Assembly: GCF_004010195.1 (NCBI RefSeq)
Contig: NC_057757.1
Span: 8,235,902 to 8,273,071, forward strand
Direction: 5' to 3'
DNA: 37,170 bases
From: Chiloscyllium plagiosum
Taxonomy: Eukaryota
Numbering within the stretch: the first letter of the stretch is position 1; the number at the start of each line of letters is the position of its first letter. The position numbers and the translations under genes are program-made. A model generated the notes under the pieces. That model was not told the DNA's origin and made no database searches. It saw only the letters and a program-made list of their open reading frames with translations. Of the stretch, positions 11,175 through 22,391 are shown one piece after another.

Positions 11175-11420
11175 AATTCAAAGTAAAGCTTACCCTAAAC
11201 TGTCTTCGCCTAAACCTCCCAGAGCTGGTGAAGAATGGAGTTAGATACAGAGTAAAGCTGCTTTTACATTTTCCGCATGGAACACTCCCACGAGAGTGAC
11301 AGCACAGGGAGCTCTCTTGATGATGTCGCAGTCAAATATTTCAAAGAAAGGCATAATCCGATAAGAGATGCAGTGTTAAGCTCAGTCTAACCTGTCTCAG
11401 TCACACGCCTCCCAAACACA
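11175..11420 (+). repeat. Degenerate tandem repeat of about 65-70 bp (3-4 units)
   Basis: Recurring (ag)atacagagtaaagct...ctg/t...aa(c)ac(t)ccc units at about 11178, 11241 and 11365. Confidence 0.6.
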
Positions 11421-11988
11421 GATACACGCATTCACAGTAATACATCTAGATGGACATTGACAATAAGAGTGAGTTCAATGCCGTCTTCATTTTTGGAAGT
11501 CCACCTTGTTCACTAAGTTCTTTTCCCTCAGGAAAAGTATTATGCTCTCCTCACTTTGTCCTTCACTTGACTCCAGATCATGTAAAATTGGTGGTTAGTG
11601 AATAAGTGCTGACCTCAGCAGCAATGCGCACATTCAGTGTGTGCAAAGAATCACAATTCAATCAGTGAGTGAAATGCTCTTGTTTAAAGAGGCCAGTTCC
11701 TAACCTCTCGTACAGAAGGACAGCTCAGAGACATAATTTCACACTTGAAATAAACCATCTCGATGCAACATTGTTTGAAATAATTTGTGATCTCCAAATG
11801 GGGGTTATTGCTGGTAGATTCCAGAATTGCTTTTGTTATTTTATTATAATATGCTGAGCAGAAATGCCTCACCATAATTTGGATTAAACACATTGTTGTA
11901 ATTAGTTATTCATTGTCAGAAATGCAAAAAAAAGCAACAAAGTTGAGCAATACTGCAATCTCGATCTCCCCAAGGAGCTTCGACACAG

Positions 11989-11994
11989 TATAAG
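11989..11994 (+). promoter_or_regulatory. Candidate TATA-like box for the GPCR gene
   Basis: TATAAG about 90 nt upstream of the ATG at 12079 in non-repetitive sequence. Positional inference only. Confidence 0.3.
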
Positions 11995-12078
11995 TCAACG
12001 TCTCTGGGAATGCATCAGCTCAGAGCTTCTAAGAATCCTATCAGTTGCCGTAAGGGACAGATCACCTCGCATGGAAAA

Positions 12079-12145
12079 ATGCACCGACCAATTGATCAAG
12101 TGAAGCAAGTGTTCGACACCATCCTTGCTTTTGTTGGGCTTCCTG
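12079..12145 (+). CDS. GPR139-like: GPR139/GPR142-like class A GPCR, coding exon 1 (MHRPIDQVKQVFDTILAFVGLP-G)
   Basis: ATG in aaaATGc context, 22 codons plus 1 nt encoding a short N-terminus and the first half of TM1, followed by donor G|GTAAG at 12146. It joins in phase 1 to GT-AAT at 13517, rebuilding the TM1 motif GLPGN. Confidence 0.85.
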
Positions 12146-12417
12146 GTAAGGCATTATGACATTTGATCCTATTTTAAACTGCTGTTGATCTGATCACTGG
12201 TTTCATCTTTTGAATAATAATGTCTCCAGTTCACTGACTGGCCAGTCTTATCCACACACTCGAACAGTGAAAGCAATTCACTGAACAGAATTCTCGGTAC
12301 AATTCTCCACTGATGGAGACACCCAACGTTCAAACGCTCTGCATTTTCTGATTTTGCATTCTGTCATCTGTTCTGGTTTCATATGGTTTGAAGATATGCG
12401 GAGAGATTATGCAAGTT

Positions 12418-12510
12418 ACTTCTGAGGAAGTGCGACTGGACCCGAAACATGAACTCTGCTTTCTTTCTCACAGATGCTGCTAGTATTGCCGAACATTTTC
12501 TGTTTTGTTA
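12418..12510 (+). mobile_element. Short Penelope-derived repeat in the GPCR intron
   Basis: ctgaggaag...actggacccgaaac..aactctg..cacagatgctgc. Same family as 33205-33304 on the minus strand. Confidence 0.6.
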
Positions 12511-13516
12511 TACAAATGAAGCCTGCTTACTTGAGAAATTTGAAGTTTAAGAGATGATCTGAGCGAAGTCCTATAATAAAGGAAAAGACAGGAAAAGATT
12601 AATCACTTCCATTGTTTGGAGATTCCAGGATGAGGGAGAAGACTCTGGGATTGATATCCTGAGTATTCTGAAGAGATTTTAAAAAGCACTTCAACACATA
12701 AAAGGGTGGGAGAGGCAAATGGCAATCGATACTGGATCATTTTAAATGAGATAGTACTATTTTTTGGTAATCAAAGGCGTAGAAGGACATGTGCCTGATT
12801 TTGATTTGTAAAGTTTCATCTAATTACCACCCCTTTTGGAAATTCCCTCCTCTCGTCACATCTGTTCAGGAGACTGAAATTTTGACAGATTGCCCTCCTG
12901 ATCTCTACACGTTAAGATGTTTGTCATGCACAGATATATCAATTTACAGTGCAAATATCACAACAATCCTAACATTCTCAGATTGTCACTGAGGGGGCCT
13001 TGCATGCACTGCGATACTGCACTTGTGTAAGGCACATAGAGTAGTCCTGTTTGGCATCTTCTGCAGGCTCAGATTACCTGTTTTCTCGTCCTGCTGTGGC
13101 TTCAGTCAGCATGTGCTCCAATGCTAAAAAGGGGAAGTTTATTTTATCGACAGTCCCATGACTGAGTTGGGAGTGAGGTCTCTAGCGGAGTTCTGTACCT
13201 GCCAGAGTTGGATCTGAGAATCTGTTACACTAATTCAGATAGTTCCCTCGGAAACAAACAACATCACATACTTCTTTCTGCTCTCCTGAGGAGGTGTAGT
13301 GTGCTCAATCCCTGTCCAAACTCCATAATATCTGGAGTGATTGGGTTGGAGGGTTATCTGAAGTGGGTGTGAAAGTATTAAAATTCAAACCCAACATTTC
13401 CACTCACAAAGTTCACCTGGTTTTAGCAGTAAACCCATATTGTTGCACTTTGGAACCAGGCAGGAGGAATTTCTGATCAGTAATTCATTGTTTTATTTTA
13501 CATTTGTCTTCCACAG

Positions 13517-13737
13517 GTAATTTGTTGGTGATTGGTATACTTTCACGGGGAAAGTGCGGGCTTTCCCCTTGCACTAGCCGCTACCTGGTGGTTATGGCAG
13601 CTGCCGATCTGATGGTCATTATTATTGATGTTATAGCGAAGATGTTTAGCTATTATTATTACCCGCAGTCTTTCCTGAACATCACTCCTGTGTGCAGTGT
13701 TAAGGGGGTCCTATTACGTGCTGCCACGGACTGCTCT
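13517..13737 (+). CDS. GPR139-like: GPR139/GPR142-like class A GPCR, coding exon 2 (partial, truncated by assembly gap)
   Basis: Pyrimidine-rich acceptor tttgtcttccacAG ending at 13516. Translation GNLLVIGILSRGKCGLSPCTSRYLVVMAAADLMVIIIDVI...ITPVCSVKGVLLRAATDCS shows TM1 GN (N1.50), TM2 MAAADL (D2.50) and the PVC cysteine at the top of TM3. No stop before the gap. Confidence 0.9.
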
Positions 13738-14237
13738 NNNNNNNNNNNNNNNNNNNNNNNNNNNNNNNNNNNNNNNNNNNNNNNNNNNNNNNNNNNNNNN
13801 NNNNNNNNNNNNNNNNNNNNNNNNNNNNNNNNNNNNNNNNNNNNNNNNNNNNNNNNNNNNNNNNNNNNNNNNNNNNNNNNNNNNNNNNNNNNNNNNNNNN
13901 NNNNNNNNNNNNNNNNNNNNNNNNNNNNNNNNNNNNNNNNNNNNNNNNNNNNNNNNNNNNNNNNNNNNNNNNNNNNNNNNNNNNNNNNNNNNNNNNNNNN
14001 NNNNNNNNNNNNNNNNNNNNNNNNNNNNNNNNNNNNNNNNNNNNNNNNNNNNNNNNNNNNNNNNNNNNNNNNNNNNNNNNNNNNNNNNNNNNNNNNNNNN
14101 NNNNNNNNNNNNNNNNNNNNNNNNNNNNNNNNNNNNNNNNNNNNNNNNNNNNNNNNNNNNNNNNNNNNNNNNNNNNNNNNNNNNNNNNNNNNNNNNNNNN
14201 NNNNNNNNNNNNNNNNNNNNNNNNNNNNNNNNNNNNN
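13738..14237. other. Assembly gap (exactly 500 N)
   Basis: Run of N with a round length, typical of an unsized scaffolding gap. Confidence 0.98.
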
Positions 14238-14943
14238 CGACAATGCAGTTGAAAAATCTCCAGCCACTCCTTTTCCCTCAACCCCCCCACATATGTCAGG
14301 CAGACTTTTAATGAATCATGCAGAGTTTATTTTGGTGGCTGCTGATAGATCACGGAACATCATGGACACTGAGCTGTAAGTTGCTAGATCGGTTTGAAGT
14401 CTCCTCCCTTTAGCACAGAGATAGTACCACACAATTTGATGCAGTGTCTATAAAATGTGGGGCAGGCAGATTGGTGACAATGCAGTGAATGATGTTTATT
14501 TTCCCATTTGTTAGTTCCCTCACCCCCTGCTGCAGCCCCAGTCCCGCAGCCGTGTCCTTTTGGACTGTTCCCAGCTCAGTCAGCAGATGGAGCTGCTGAG
14601 CCTCTCTTGGTGATGGGCACTGAAGCCTCCCACACAAGAGTACATTCTCTGTCCTTTCCATCTTCAATGTTGTGGTCAGAGAAATTTGAGGGACGTGGTA
14701 ATTGATAATCAGCAGAAAGTTTCTGGGCCTGTGTTTAACCTGATGCCATGAGGCTTCATGGGGTCTGGCATCAATGTGGAACACCCGCCTCCCTGAGTAC
14801 ATACTATGGAGCTGTTCCCTCTGCTGGCTCTGTCCTCCCAGTGGGGCAGGATCTGCCCTGAGATGATCATAGTGTTGTCTGGGGCATTTTCTGTAAAGTG
14901 GGATTCTGTGAACGTGACTGTGTTCAATTGTTGCTGGGTTCGT
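14238..14943 (-). mobile_element. L2/CR1-superclade LINE, AP-endonuclease region fragment
   Basis: Peptides HEASWHQVKH..NFLLI..YH.P, ENVLL.G, KDTAAGLGLQQGVRELTNGK.NI...VTNLPA. Confidence 0.75.
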
Positions 14944-15088
14944 CTGTGAGAAATATACCACAGTTAAGAAGTGTGGTGCTAAAAAAGCACAGCCAGTCAG
15001 GCTGCATCAGAGGAGCAGAAATTCTTGATAAAGAGCTAACGCTCGAAGCGTCAACTCTGCAGCATCTGCAGTCCTCACTTTCTCCTAA
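14944..15088. mobile_element. Short Penelope-derived repeat, two halves in inverted arrangement
   Basis: The left half is the reverse complement of 32215-32275-like sequence; the right half matches 32182-32216 and gcatctgcagtcctcactttctcct. Confidence 0.6.
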
Positions 15089-16282
15089 AATAATGCAGCA
15101 GGTCAGTTACAAATTTTACACAATGAAGAGTGAGAGTTTCTTTATTTCTTTGACTCTTAAAAAAAACAAGCCAAACCAAATTATTTTTTCAGTTGAAGAT
15201 TATTTAGTTATTGTTCATTTTAATAATCAGAACACACACCTAATTATTGCACAATTTTGGAACAATAGCAAACAGTTAATTATTGCTCAGTTCAATAACC
15301 ACATTTAACAGCTGATTCTTGTTCAAATGAGTAACCACACAACCTCTGCACAATCACATACACCTGCAACACTATTGAAAAGGCCTGAATCCAAATCTGG
15401 TTATTCTGGGCCACACTGGCATCTCCAGGAAAGAATGACCAGTTCTTCATCTGTCCATACAGCTTCCAAAATGGATCTGGACAGTTTTTCAAACATTTCC
15501 TCACAACAGACAATTTAGAGAGGTACTTGAACAAGGAGGAAGTGCATGGAGCAGATTGGTCAATAGACCAGCACAACGCTCAACGCAATTTTGACCATAT
15601 ATGCAAATGACCTGCCAATGGCCATGTCTCTCAAGTTTATCTGTTGATGGTATCTAGTGTGCCACATAAGCTTCGTAATTCTGCAGGGAATTAAAGGGGC
15701 ATAAGGAAAATACACCCTCATTAGCTAATAATCTGAAAGACAAATGTTAGAATCTGATGAAATGTCAACATCCACCATGTTTCTTATTGATGAAATCAAA
15801 TCTGTGAAAGCTGCATATCGATCTTCCAAACAAGGCTTCAGTTCAGAAGGAAATCAAGGCTTTGGATAATGGCCACAGTTCATCCTTTCAGGGTTTCAAA
15901 AGTAGTGAGAATCCTGAACTGGAGAAACATTATCAGGTTGCCATATACTTCACACAGAGAGGGAGAGGGTCTTTCTTCTTTGAATCCCTTAGTTTTGTGA
16001 AACTAAAACCTAAGCCCAAAATGATTTGGCAGACACATGTCAGTACAAAGACTTTCTTCCAAAGCAGGGATTTCCAGCAATTCAGACCAATAAACACTGA
16101 CACATCTGCTTGAAAGCATTTCCAAAGCTGTTTGAATTCCTACAATCAACAGATGAAGAACAGCTCACATTCTACTGTAGTCCTCATTTCTAAAAAAAAA
16201 ACATAAACATATCCTTGAAATCCTTGATTTGAAAAATTCTACAATGTAGAAAATGTTGAGATAGTTTCAATTTCCCATATAG

Positions 16283-17466
16283 TTTTATTTTATTCATTTA
16301 TTGCATGTGGGCATCGCTGGCTGGGCCAGCATTTGTTTTACATCTCTAAGTGCCCTTGAGAAGACTACCTTTTTGAACTGCTGCAGTTCATTCAGGTAGA
16401 TATACAATGCCCTTAAGGAGGGAATTTCAGGGTATGGACCCAGTCATTGTGAATGAATGGTAACATATTTCCAAGTCAGACTGGTGAGTGGCTTGAAGGG
16501 AAACTGCTGGGTGTGTTAGTCCCATGCATATGCTGCCCTTGTGCATCTAAAATGTAGTGGTCATGGGTTTAGAAGGTGCTGTCTGAGGATCGTTGGTGTA
16601 TTTTAGCCATGCATCTGATAGATAGCACATACTGCTGCTGCTGAGCGTTGGTGATGGAAGGAGTGGATATTTGTGGACAGGATGCCAATCCAGCATGCTG
16701 CTTTGTCCTGGATGGTATTGAGCTTCTTGGCTATTGTTAGAGCTGCTTTTGTCCAGATAAGTGGAGAGGATTCCAGCAGACTCCTCAAATGTGCTTTGTA
16801 GATGGTGGACAGGCTTTGAGGAGTCAGGAGGTGAGTTACTCACCACAGTGTTCTTCGCCTTAAACTTAATCTTGTAGCCACTGTGTTTATAAGGCAAGTT
16901 CATAAAAATATAGGTGGAGGTGATGGCTTAGTGGTATTATCACTGGACTGTTAACCCAGAGATCCAGTGAATATTTGAACGACAGCTTTGAAGATGGTGG
17001 AATTTGAATACAAAAATAAAAGAAACTTGAATTAGGAGTCCACTGATGACCGTGAATCCATTGCCGATTGTCAGATACACCCATCTCATTCACTAACGTC
17101 CTTTAGAAAACAAAACTTCCATCTATATCAGGGCTGGACGACATGTGAATCCTGACCCACAATATTATGGTTGACTCTTAACTATCCTCTGGAAAATTAG
17201 GGATGGGCAATAAAGGTTGGCCTATCCAGCAACACCCTTGTCCTGAGAATGAATTTTAAAAAAAAACTGCATTTCAGTTTCTGGGCAATGGTAACCCTCA
17301 GGCTGTTTATGGTGTGCGATTCAATAATAGTATCACCATTGAATGTCAAGAGATGATAGTTAGATTCACTCTTTTTGGAGGTGATCATCGCTTTGTACTT
17401 CTGTGATCAAACAGTTATTTTCCATTTGTCAGCCTAACCTTGGATATTGTCCCGGTCTTGCTGTAT
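16283..17466 (-). mobile_element. L2/CR1-superclade LINE 3' fragment interrupted by a SINE
   Basis: RSLLESSPLIW..AA.TIAKKLNTIQDKAA..IG..STNIHSFHHQR is a LINE ORF2 C-terminus. The 3' tail is at 16283-16365 and the element resumes at 17267. Confidence 0.8.
16913..17266 (+). mobile_element. SacSINE1/DeuSINE-like tRNA-derived SINE
   Basis: A-box-like tggcttagtggta, body gatggtggaatttgaat...cccatct..ttcactaa.gtcctttag, LINE-like tail aattagggatgggcaataaa and an A run. Confidence 0.75.
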
Positions 17467-18313
17467 TATGAACATTGAACAGTAAATAGACTTTCTCCAA
17501 AGCAGGGATTTCCAGCAATTCAGACCAATAAACACTAACACATCTGCTTGAAAGCATTTCCAAAGCTGTTTGAATTCCTACAATCAACAGATGAATAACA
17601 GCTCACATTCTACTGTAGTCCTCATTTCAAAAAAAAACAAACATATCCTTGAAATCTTTGATTTGAAAAACTCTACAATGTAGAAAATGTTGAGATAGTT
17701 TCAATTTCCCATATAGCTTTATTTTATTCATTCATGGCACGTGGGCATCGCTGGCTGGGCCAGCATTTGTTTTACATCTCTAAGTGCCCTTGAGAAGACT
17801 ACCTTTTTGAACTGCTGCAGTTCATGCAGATAGATACACAATGCCCTTAAGGAGGGAATTTCAGGGTATGGACCCAGTCATTGTGAATGAATGGTAACAT
17901 AATTCCAAGTCAGAGTGGTGAGTGGTTTGAAGGGTGCCCTTGTGCATCTAAAATGTAGTGGTCATGGGGTTAGAAGGTGCTGTCTGAGGATCGTTGGTGT
18001 ATTTTAGCCATGCATCTGATAGATAGCACATACTGCTGCTGCTGAGCGTTGGTGATGGAAGGAGTGGATATTTGTGGACAGGATGCCAATCCAGCATGCT
18101 GCTTTGTCCTGAATGGTATTGAGCTTCTTGGCTATTGTTGGAGCTGCTTTTGTCCAAATAAGTGGAGAGGATTCCAGCAGACTCCTCAAATGTGCTTTGT
18201 AGATGGTGGACAGGCTTTGAGGAATCAGGAGGTGAGTTACTCACCACAGTGTTCTTCGCCTTAAACTTAATCTTGTAGCCACTGTGTTTATAAGGCAAGT
18301 TCATAAAAATATA

Positions 18314-18670
18314 GGTGGAGGTGATGGTTTAGTGGTATTATCGCTGGACTGTTAACCCAGAGACCCAGTGAATATTTGAACGACAGCTTTGAAGATGGTG
18401 GAATTTGAATACAAAAATAAAAGAAACCTGAATTAGGAGTCCACTGATGACCGTGAATCCATTGCCGATTGTCAGATACATCCATCTCATTCACTAACGT
18501 CCTTTAGAAAACAAAACTGCCATCTATATCAGGGCTGGACGACATGTGAATCCTGACCCACAATATTGTGGTTGACTCTTAACTATCCTCTGGAAAATTA
18601 GGGATGGACAATAAAGGTTGGCCTATCCAGCAACACCCTTGTCCTGAGAATGAATTTTTTTTTTAAAAAA
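18314..18670 (+). mobile_element. SacSINE1/DeuSINE-like SINE (duplicate copy)
   Basis: Near-identical to 16913-17266. Confidence 0.75.
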
Positions 18671-18870
18671 CTGCATTTCAGTTTCTGGGCAATGGTAACC
18701 CTCAGGCTGTTTATGGTGTGCGATTCAATAATAGTATCACCATTGAATGTCAAGAGATGATAGTTAGATTCACTCTTTTTGGAGGTGATCATCGCTTTGT
18801 ACTTCTGTGATCAAACAGTTATTTTCCATTTGTCAGCCTAACCTTGGATATTGTCCCGGTCTTGCTGTAT

Positions 18871-19757
18871 TATGAACATCGAACAGTAAATCACAGGAGC
18901 AAGTCCTTCAGCCTACCATATCTGTAGCTGACCATGTTGCCATTATAAACTAGTTCCATCTGCCTGCACGTAGTCTGTATCCACCTGTTCCCAGTTTGTT
19001 CATGTGTTGATATAAATGCCTCTTAAATAGCCTTTTGCTATTGTATCTTCTTCTGTTACTTTCCCTGCCAACATGTTCCAGGCACTTACCACCTTCTGTT
19101 CAAAAAGAAACTGGGCTTGCATATCTCTTTCAAACTTTTCCTTTCCCACTTTAAACTTGTGACCCTTCACATTTGACATTTCCATCCTTGGAAAAGCACT
19201 CTAACTCTGCATCTATCAATTTCTCTTCTAAATTTAAATATTTCTATCAGGTTGCCCCTTCAGCCTTCAATGCTCTAGTGAAAATATTCTATCACTCCAA
19301 TCCAAGTAATGGCCTGTTACACGTCTTTTGGAGCTTCTCCAAAGCCTCCACATCCAAACCTGCACTGTACACTATACTCCCAATGTGGCTAAACTAAAAT
19401 TTTATGTATCTGCAACATGATATGCCAAATTTGATACTTAATACCCTCACCAATTAAAACAACTGTGCTGTATGTCTTCTCTACAACCTAATCCTATTGT
19501 CTTGCCACTTTCAGGGAGCTATGGAATTGCACCCCAAGATCCTCTGTACATCAATGATTCCAATTTTCCTGCTATTTACTGTATACTTTCATCTTGCCAA
19601 TTTTGATCTGCCAAAATGCATCACTTCACACTAGTCTGGATAAAACCCCATCTGCCATTTCACCAATCAACTTTCAACTGACCTCTGTCCTGCTGAACTT
19701 TTCACAACCTTACTCACTGTCTGCTTCTCCCCCGATTTCTGTGTCATTTACGAACTT
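18871..19757 (-). mobile_element. CR1-type LINE 3' fragment
   Basis: gaacat/gaacagta tail; peptide KGHKFKVGKEKFERDM..LF.QKVVSAWNML. Confidence 0.85.
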
Positions 19758-21260
19758 GATGGCATAAACATCTCATGAACTGCTGTAATATCAAAGAGTA
19801 AGCAATGGTGCTGAACATGGTGCACTCATTAATAATGAACATTCTCACTTCTGAACTTATAATGGATGGAAGGCCATTGATGTAACAGCTGGAGATGGTT
19901 GTTCCAAGGACACTGCCAGGTGAAATTCCTATGGAGATGTACTGGAGCTGAGATGACTAGCCTCTAGCTATCATACATATCTTCATATGTGCCAGACATG
20001 CTTCCAACCAGCAGAGAATGTTCCCCTGATTCCCATTGACTCCAGTTATGTTCAGGCTCCTCGATAGTTCATGATCATGGTAATAAGGAAATTGATACTT
20101 TCAGTAAGGAGTAAGCTTTGTAGGGGACTACTTAACCAGGGATCAGTACTGTGACACTGGCCTTTTCCAACATTTATGAATGAATCAAGAAGTAATGATC
20201 ACTGAGATGGCATCAGAGATACATTCAAGAGAACCAATCCAGGACTGACTGTCATATATTCCCAACAGCTGCCTTGTCGGTCAATTAGAAAGTTGCCTTC
20301 AGCCCATTAAATTAATAAAGTCTTTCTTGATCCAGATTGCAGTCCTGTGGTTTGACTAATTTCATCTATAAACAGAAAGAAAACATCACAGTTTGACCTG
20401 CTTGTGTCAAGGGCAAGTATTAGTAGGACAATATTTAGGGAGAGAGTAGACCCGATTCTGGAAAATGGCATTGTATGGTCCAGTTTATGATTTATCAACA
20501 GGCAGAAAACCCTCTCAAACTGGGTAAGAAAGGATTGGGACTGAATAAATTGGAGTCAAAGTTTGACAGGGTTAACTCACTGGGTTAACATCAAAGAAAG
20601 GATGTTTCATTATTAACAAAGACATACTGTCACCAAAGGGAAAAGTCAACAAACAAATCCATGAGTTAGAAATTAAGGCAAGTTCTTCTCATGATAGAGT
20701 ACGGATAGAAAATAGACCAGCGATCCAGGCTGAATAGAAAAGTTTCAGAGGACAGCTGGAAAAGCCAATATGAGAAACAGAGGGATTATGAGAAGAAACT
20801 GGCAGTGAAGATAGAAATTAATTACAAACGCTTCTGTAGATATATGAAGAGCAAATGTGTAGTAAAGGGAAGACTGAAGATGAGTGCGGAATATAAAATG
20901 CATTTGTGTATGTGGGGACATCATTCGGTTATTAAATGAACACTTTATAATGATCTTCACTGAGCAGGTGACAAAGTAGTTCAGTAACTTGAGGTGTTTG
21001 AAATTCATGATGAGATATTGGATAGGCTGCTGAAACTGACAGGTAATAAGTAAATTGATACCTTTCAGTCAGGTGTAAGCTTTGTAGGGGTCTACTTCCT
21101 CGGGGATCTATACTGTGGTGCTGGCCTTTGCCGACATTGGCCAATGTATCAATAAATAATAAATACTGAGAAGGCATCTGAATACATTCAGGAGAACCGA
21201 TCCAGGACTGACTGTCATCAGTATTCATGTGGAAAGCGAGAGAAACTGGAACAGTTCTAA

Positions 21261-21651
21261 GTTGTAAGTTTGCTCACTGAGCTGGGAGGTTTGTTTTCAG
21301 ACATTTCGACACCATCAGTGCAAAATCAACAGTGAGCCTCTGATGAAGTTCTGGTGTTATGTCCCACTTTCTATTTATGTGTCTTGGTCTCTTGAGGCAG
21401 GCGATATCATTTCTAGTTCTTTTCCTCAGAGGCTGGGAAATGAGGTCCAAATCGATGTGTTTATCGATGAAGTTCCGTTTGAATGTCAGGCCTCTAGGAA
21501 TTCTCATGCGTGTCTCTGTTTAGATATTCTCGGATCGATGTATTGTCCCAGTCAAATCAGTGTCCATCTTCATCTATATGGAAGGATACTAGTGATAGTG
21601 GGTCACTTCTTTTGGTAGTTAGTTGGTGTTCGTGTATCCTGGTGGCTAGTT
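21261..21651 (-). mobile_element. Penelope-like GIY-YIG fragment (copy B1)
   Basis: Duplicate of 1768-2150; LATRIHEHQLTTKRSDPLSLVSFHIDEDGH. Confidence 0.8.
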
Positions 21652-22391
21652 CAGCCCTCCCTCTGACACTGATCTTTTTCTGGGTGGGGCCGGCCACCAG
21701 CATTTTAGCTTCAGGCCCAGCCCCTACCCCTCCCACCCCGTGCAAGATGGCGTTAATGGCCGCCCTCTCCCCAGGTGTCCATTAGCAGCTACTTCAGAAG
21801 AAAAACTCTTTAAAGAGAAAAAAACCAAAACACAAAATGTGGTAACTCTGTGTGTCACCAAACACAATAATATGTATCAGAATGAAAAACCTCCCACAGT
21901 CAGAGAGGTGAAAGTGATGAAGAAACTGTGTCAAGTCCCAAAGCACATTCTTCCGAAGCACGGCCGACCCCATACTCCAAACATTGTCTCTGCTTTATCT
22001 CTAGCTCGGCAGATGCTGCCAGACCTGAGTCACAATGAAAAGGTACTCTTGGGGTGAGTCCTCATTCAGGATTCTCATCCAGTTCAGTGGCGGACAGGGT
22101 ACAATATGGTAAAGTCTGTGAGTTTATGTACTGGGATTAGAAGGAGAGAGGTGCAGACTGTTTCCTGAATGAGGAAAAGTTTCAGAAATCTGAAGCAGAA
22201 AGGGGCTTGTTAGCCCGTGTTCAGGATTCTTTTCAGGTTAAAATGCAACTTCAGTTGGCAGTTAGGAAGGTAAATGGAACGTTATGTTTGTTTGAGAAAG
22301 TTAGTAAACCAGAGCAGAAATATACTGCTCAGGCTGTATAAGGAATTTGGAATACTGTGAGCAGTTTTGGGTCCCATATAGAAGGATAGAC

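Larger units (their letters stand above)
16049..18891 (+). repeat. Tandem duplication, two units of about 1.4 kb (16049-17487, 17488-18891)
   Basis: Near-identical units beginning agactttct(t)ccaaagcaggg and ending gaacagtaaat. Duplicate ORFs are offset by 1401. Confidence 0.95.
17718..20065 (-). mobile_element. L2/CR1-superclade LINE (3' end to RT core) with nested SINE and CR1
   Basis: Duplicate of 16283-17466 that continues after the CR1 insertion at about 19765-20065. Confidence 0.75.

Noticed and set aside
13659..14311. Other long ORFs spanning the gap
   Set aside because: Artefacts of translating N.
13504..14379. 291-aa ORF as a single-exon gene
   Set aside because: It starts at an intronic TTG and reads through N. 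Only 13517-13737 is coding, and the post-gap residues are antisense LINE.
15575..15680. Possible RT fragment of another LINE clade (IYANDLP..SLKFI)
   Set aside because: Too short and degenerate to bound or classify.
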